Shown piece by piece: positions 58,046 to 64,000 of a DNA stretch of 64,000 bases. Position numbers and translations under genes: made by a program. The notes under the pieces are model-generated. The model ran no database searches, was not told the DNA's origin, and saw nothing but the letters and a program-made list of their open reading frames with translations. This DNA comes from Rhynchopus sp. YZ270_cl-10. Lineage: Eukaryota. Each line of letters opens with the position of its first letter. Position 1 is the stretch's first letter. The stretch spans positions 2,232,001-2,296,000 of the forward strand of contig OZ037834.1 in NCBI GenBank assembly GCA_964035575.1, read 5' to 3'.

Positions 58046-59248
58046 ATGCTTCGTTCCATGATGTTAATCGCATTGGCACAGTGCGCACAGTCTGTGTCCA
58101 TCCTGGGTGAGTACGAGTGGGCAACGGGGACGTACACCCGCCAGGTAAAGCAGGTTGTCACCGTGGGTCAGTACGCCTTTGTCGCTGCCTCGCAGCACGG
58201 CCTGGACATCCTTGACATGAACGGTGCTGGCACGCCGATACACCTCGGTTCGTTGAACCCAAACGCGCCATCGCCCGCAATGACCTGCAGGACCGTGCAG
58301 GCACTCAACCACAACGAGGTGTACCTCGGCTGTGCGGACGGCTGGCGTCTCATCAACACACAGAACAAGGCGGCCCCCTTCATCCAGGCACCCGCTGCCC
58401 CTGCGACGACCGGCTTCGGAGGGGATGCCCGCTCGCTCTTTGTCGACACCAACGCAGTGTACGCCGGGAAGTTCGCACTGTCGGGAACCTGCCTGGTCTA
58501 CACCTACACCCATGCGGGGGTCGTTCTCGGCGCTGCGACGTGCTCGGGGACTGGTGTGAAGGAGGTCTACGCTGACGGCAACACACTGTACGTCACCTCC
58601 GTTGCAGGCACGTCGGGTGTGTCGTACCTGAACATCTACGACGTGACGAACCCTGCAGCAAACCCCACCCCGTACAGCCCGGTAACGCAGCTCTGCGCCG
58701 GCGCGGCAGGGTTCAAGGTGGTCGCCCAGGGCAGCACGAAGGTGCTGTACGTCGCCGGCGCAACAGAGCTTCAGGTGTGGGATGTGACGAACCCGACTGC
58801 TGTTGTGTTGCTTGGGTCTACCTCTGTGTTGCACCCGGTGCTGAACGTGGATGTGGTGGGGAACATGCTGCTTGCGGCGGGACGGGATTTGGAGATATAC
58901 GACGTGGCGGACAACGTTGCACCGGCACATGTTCAGACGATTCCAATCAACGCGCCTGTCGCCCCAATCCTCTACTACTCCGGTGTCGTGGAGGACGTCG
59001 TCATTGACGGCTCCGTCGTGCGTCTCATCTTCTCGGGCACCACACCTGCTGGAGGCGAGGCAGGATTCAAGACCCTCGACTTTTCCACCCCCGCACCTCC
59101 ACCAACACCAGTCCCTGTGGTTCCCATCGCCGCCCCAAGGGCCCCCGTTGACCTGACCCCAGCAGGGGGGAACCCACCGACCCCACCCACACCACCGACC
59201 CCACCGTTTGACGAGAAGACGGCGGAGAAGAGCATGAGGCAGCCTTGA
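58046..59248 (+). CDS. Secreted LVIVD-repeat beta-propeller protein (400 aa) with a Pro-rich tail
   Basis: ATG at 58046 and a signal peptide; repeats such as VGQYAFVAASQHGLDILDM, GNTLYV...LNIYDVTNPAANP and LQVWDVTNPTAVVLLGS. Confidence 0.85.
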   Translation: MLRSMMLIALAQCAQSVSILGEYEWATGTYTRQVKQVVTVGQYAFVAASQHGLDILDMNGAGTPIHLGSLNPNAPSPAMTCRTVQALNHNEVYLGCADGWRLINTQNKAAPFIQAPAAPATTGFGGDARSLFVDTNAVYAGKFALSGTCLVYTYTHAGVVLGAATCSGTGVKEVYADGNTLYVTSVAGTSGVSYLNIYDVTNPAANPTPYSPVTQLCAGAAGFKVVAQGSTKVLYVAGATELQVWDVTNPTAVVLLGSTSVLHPVLNVDVVGNMLLAAGRDLEIYDVADNVAPAHVQTIPINAPVAPILYYSGVVEDVVIDGSVVRLIFSGTTPAGGEAGFKTLDFSTPAPPPTPVPVVPIAAPRAPVDLTPAGGNPPTPPTPPTPPFDEKTAEKSMRQP

Positions 59249-60777
59249 AGATTGAGTTGGTGAGATACCTGTGCGAAAAACAACCTGTTTCGAACTTATT
59301 ATTTTTGATTCTTTTTGGACATCAACACAACGCACCCTAGGTTTCTTTCACAAAAGAGAACATAAAAGGGAGAGAGAGGAGGTCTCCCTTGTTATCGGAG
59401 CGACCACAAATGTACCAAAGTAGCCAAAAAACGAAGAAAATATCTACAAGCTCTAATAAAAAAGAACGATTTTTTTTTGGGTGCTCGTTCTCTTGAGAGG
59501 TTGTTGTCATTTTTTTGTGTGGGAACACATAATATACCATTTCTTCACACAAAAAAACCCACACAAAAAAACATTGCAACCTGAATGAAGAGAATGGGGC
59601 CCTGTTCATTTACTTCTACGAACATACTTTATTTTTTGTCTTTATTTGCGCTTTTGACAGTTCAGAGATGATTTAAAGAAAGGTGCGTACACAACGGCGT
59701 TGCGAGGAAAGGATAGTGTGGAGGGAAGGGATCTGGTCCTGCTATGGCTTTAGTAATTGTTTTTAAGGTGACTCAACACGAGAGGCTTAGGCTTAGGCTC
59801 ATCTAATAACATGTTCTTTCTTTCTTTCTTTCTTTTTGTGATGCTGCGTCAATCGCGCGACACGAAAAAAAAAAAACAAGAACATCTAATTTGCCATTTT
59901 AGGGTCCGGTCAAATTCCCGCGGTCCTGTTCTTCCTTCGCTTCGGAAAGAAAGCAGTGCAGTATGTTGTGTATTCCCTTCCTTTCACTAACCCAATCTCT
60001 GGGCAAAAAACCCCATTTTTTATTTTAGCCAATAGTTTTCAAAGGTGATTCTGCTTTTAGGTTCATCTTTAGAAACTTTTTGTTTTACATTAATTCTTTC
60101 GTTCCCACATTCCGTCAAAAGGATGTGCAACAAACGAATTATTTTCTTTTTTCTGTTCGCATGCTTCAACGCATGCTCCCATTGACCATTGACATGACCA
60201 AGCGAGAGTGGCTTGTGGCATCTTATTCCCTCGTTTTTTTTGTGTGGAAGCCTAATGTGTGGTGAGGGTGTAGAAGGTAAAGTAGGTAGGGCACGATTCT
60301 CTTGTTTGAGGCTGTTGTGCCAACGAAGTGTTCCTTTGCCCATCCTTGCCCCACATTGTATGTGCTTTTACGGAAATAAAATTTGCTCCCTTGTTATTCA
60401 AGATGATCCCATTCATCGTTTTCCTTCACTTGCCTGAAGGGTTTGTATTTGAATCATTTATTTGTTACAAATCGTACACACAAAACACAGCAACAACCTA
60501 TTTGGGGGGGGTTTTTTTTTGGCGCATTTTCATTTTACGTTCTTGTCTTGCCCATATGCGGTGATGTAGTCGCGCAAACTTCGAATCCAGCGTGTTCCCG
60601 CACGATAACGATAGCATCTCGGGGCGTCCCCAACACGGAGTGGAACCTTGCTTTTCTTTCCTTCCTCCTTCCTCAACTCTTTGCGGGTTTGCGGGTTTAC
60701 GGGTTTGCAAATATTAAAGCTTTCTCTCTTTCCTTTTGCACAACACGTTGCACAGGGACAACACAACTTAGACAACA

Positions 60778-62667
60778 ATGCAGACCCTTCGCAGAGGGGC
60801 GTCCCTCGCATGCAGGGGTGCTATGCGGCAGTTCCACCCCTCCGTGGCTGAGGAGGGCACCGCCAACGTCATCAACATCCCCTTCGACGCGACAGACCCG
60901 AAGTTCATTGAGGGCCAGGCACGCATGCAGGCGATGGTTGACGAGCTGCGCGACACCATTGCGAAGGTCGAGCTTGGCGGAGGCGAGAAGAGCATTGCGA
61001 AACACAAGAAGCGTGGCAAGATGCTTGCCCGCGAGCGCATCCAGGCGCTGGTCGACCCGAACACACCGTTCCTCGAACTTTCGCAGCTTGCAGGGCACGC
61101 TATGTACGACGGTGACTCTCCCGCTGCGGGCGGAGTGGTGACCGGTGTCGGTGTCGTGCACGGTGTGAAGTGCATGATCGTTGCGAACGACGCGACCGTG
61201 AAGGGAGGCACCTACTACCCCATCACCGTGAAGAAGCACGTGCGTGCGCAGAAGGTGGCCCAGCAGAACCACCTCCCCTGCATCTACCTTGTGGACTCCG
61301 GTGGTGCGATGCTTAAGCACCAGGCAGACGTCTTCCCCGACGCAGACCACTTCGGGCGCATCTTCTACAACCAATCGCAGATGTCGTCCATGGGCATCCC
61401 GCAGATCGCAGTCGTCATGGGCTCCTGCACAGCAGGTGGTGCCTACGTGCCCGCTATGGCAGATGAGAGCATCATCGTGCGCAAGACCGGAACCATCTTC
61501 CTTGGCGGGCCGCCCCTCGTGAAGGCGGCCACCGGCGAGGTGGTGACGGAGGAGGAGCTTGGAGGTGGGGAGGTGCACTGCCGCACCTCGGGGGTGACGG
61601 ACCACCTCGCGACGTCGGACACACACGCGCTGTTCCTTGCACGCCGTATTGTGAAGAACCTGAACATCGCTCCTGGCGACTGTGCACAGGCAACAGCAGC
61701 GAAGATGCCTGTGGAGGCTGAGTACGAGGAGCCGCTCTACCCGGCATCCGAGATGGGCGGGTTCCTGCCGGACATGACTGCGGAGATGGTGACGCCGTTC
61801 GACGTGCGCAACATCATTGCACGCATTGTGGACGGGTCGCGCTTCGACGAGTTCAAGAAGCTCTACGGAGACACGCTCGTGTGCGGATTTGCACGTCTCT
61901 ACGGGCGGCAGATTGGTGTGATTGCGAACAATGGTGTGCTCTTCTCGGAGTCGTCGCTCAAGGCAGCGCACTTCATCGAGCTCTGCTCGCAGCGTGGTGT
62001 GCCGCTCCTCTTCGTGCAGAACATCACAGGGTTCATGGTTGGGAAGAAGTACGAGAACGCAGGGATCGCAAAGGACGGCGCAAAGATGGTCACCGCAGTG
62101 GCGACCACAAAGGTGCCCAAGGTCACCCTCGTCATCGGAGGGTCCTACGGTGCGGGGAACTACGGCATGTGTGGTCGGTATGTATCATTTTCCTGACGGA
62201 CCAGATTATAAAAAAACTACTCCAAAACATCTTCATCACAGTGCATTCAACCCGCAGTTCATGTTCATGTGGCCCAACGCGCGTATCAGTGTGATGGGAG
62301 GTAACCAGGCTGCATCAGTGCTGGGACAGGTGGGTAACCTGAACGAGGAGCAAATGCAGGCGATCAGGGTATGTCACAACCACACACGACACCTCGCAAG
62401 AATGCAACACAAACTTCCTCTATCTTTTACAGGACAAATACAACCACGAAGGGTCTTGCTACTACTCCAGCGCGCGTCTCTGGGATGACGGTGTCATTGC
62501 ACCTGAGGTATGCCATTACGAATCTCAACTGTTGGTCATGTTCGTTTCCGAATTCCCCCTTCAACAACTTCACCACACAGGACACTCGCCGCACACTGGG
62601 TCTTGCCTTCGACACTGCCTGCAACGCACCCAAGAACAGCACCAAATTCGGTCTGTTCCGCATGTAG
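60778..62667 (+). CDS. MCCC2: 3-methylcrotonyl-CoA carboxylase beta subunit (~562 aa); exons 60778-62177, 62242-62368, 62433-62507, 62581-62667
   Basis: [64 protein letters not shown] and terminal FGLFRM. Three introns (64, 64, 73 nt); mitochondrial-type N-terminus. Confidence 0.96.
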
Positions 62668-63793
62668 AATGAACACGACGTTTTGCTCCTCTTTTCTTTT
62701 TGCAACATTTTCAAACATGCAATTTCTTGGTGTCTAATGGCACATGGTTTGTGACACAAATATAAAACAAAACACAAAAAAAAAAGCAAAACAAAAATAA
62801 CCATATGGGATGCCTTTCGCAGGCAGCTTTTTTTTTTTGTCTGACTGCAAAAATACATCACAAAAGACGAATGCAAAAAGAAAAGAAATACAAAGAAAAG
62901 CAAAAAAAGCAAAAAAAAAAAATAAACGCAAAAAGTAAAACAACGAAACAAAGACACCTTTGTGGGAAAATATGTCCACCCACTCGGCAAACAGACTAAG
63001 GTTCAAAGATGAAGAAACAGGGCATTTTGGGTTTGTGTTCCCTGTTGCCTTTTTGACTACCGTCGCGTTTGTTAGACGTCCATTTGAGTGGAGGTATGGA
63101 AAAGGTGAATTGCTCTCTGGGGATCGAACCGTGAGTCAGTATGAATGTGAACAACTGAAAGGAACAGAAGACGTTATTTCCTGATTTTTTTTTTTACTTG
63201 ATTTTTTTGCAATTTGCTTTTTAAGAAAAGCTGACCAAAACCAACCTTTTTTCAAAAAGAAGACAAAAAGAAGAAGAAGAAAAAAAGGGGGCGAAAAACG
63301 AACTGTTTTTTGATACTTTTCTTTAGTTGCGTTCATCCATACAACAGCTGTTCACCCCGCATCCCCCCTCCTTCCCCCATTTTTTCTGGTGCCTGCGTCT
63401 GCAGTGGTTGTTGCACCTTCGGCTGCACTTTTTTACTGAGTGCTGTTGCAGTGTTTGTTCTGTACTTTCATTTTATATTTGTTGTGATATTGGGAAGGGG
63501 GGGCGATATTTTATTTTTGTGCAGTCATGATGCATCCTTCATCACGAAAAGAAAAAGAGTGTTGTGCGCGAGAGGCACATCCAGCTTGAAGTTTCCCCCC
63601 CCTTTTTTTCGTGCCCGTCTCAAAAAAAAAAAATTGTTCGAAGCAACAAAAAAGTGCGCGCAAAAAAAAATAAAATACAAATCAACAAAAATTAGTAGTA
63701 TTGCACCAAAAAGTCCCACTCTTCTTTTTTGATGAATGTCCAGTTTGAATCATCACCTCACTACAATCTAACAGAACACACACATTGCGCAAA

Positions 63794-64000
63794 ATGTTCG
63801 CTACCGGCGAAAAGGAGGCGCTTGCCCAGGCGCTCCTGCAGGAGAAGAAGCTGAAGGTGCACAGTCTGGTGAACCCGCAGAAGCTGCAGGCACAGCAGGA
63901 GCATTTCGATGTGCCAGAGTGGGCAGGCATGCCGCACGAAGGAGTGCACCTGCAGGCCTTCAAGGCAGGCACGTCCATCGAGACGCATATGATCGACCGT
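63794..64000 (+). CDS. 5' end of an NIPP1 (PPP1R8)-like FHA-domain protein, truncated by the window edge
   Basis: MFATGEKE...HFDVPEWAGMPHEGVHLQAFKAGTSIETHMIDR resembles the NIPP1 pre-FHA segment (FDCPTWAGKPPPGLHLDVVKGDKLIEKLIID). Confidence 0.7.
   Translation, partial: MFATGEKEALAQALLQEKKLKVHSLVNPQKLQAQQEHFDVPEWAGMPHEGVHLQAFKAGTSIETHMIDR

Noticed and set aside
31466..61971. Long minus-strand ORFs (31466-32407, 54795-55766, 58064-59335, 60697-61971 and others)
   Set aside because: Antisense shadows of GC3-biased + strand genes.

Overview
Eukaryotic nuclear DNA, most likely euglenozoan (diplonemid-like). This is inferred from all 16 coding sequences and the snoRNA array lying on the + strand, C/A-rich sequence before start codons, tiny GTATG...ACAG introns, and a DGF-1-like membrane protein. 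GC-rich genes sit in AT-rich intergenic DNA packed with non-autonomous DNA transposons (hAT-like with 8-bp TSDs, PIF/Harbinger-like with 3-bp TSDs) and strand-biased short interspersed repeats. Coding content: DGF-1-like membrane protein, UBL-WD40, Sm/LSm-like protein, a five-member tandem family of secreted Cys-rich proteins with 0-3 PAN/Apple-like repeats, an SGNH/PC-esterase, UBL-LRR, a GNAT acetyltransferase, a large class-3 lipase, an insulysin-like M16 peptidase, an LVIVD-repeat protein, MCCC2 and the 5' end of an NIPP1-like FHA gene. Non-coding highlights: a six-copy box C/D snoRNA array with structured spacers (52069-53155), a ~100-bp 18S rRNA fragment, a CCCTGG-headed poly(A)-tailed retroposon candidate, and same-strand hairpin repeats. 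All protein family calls come from motif recognition by eye; no searches were run.
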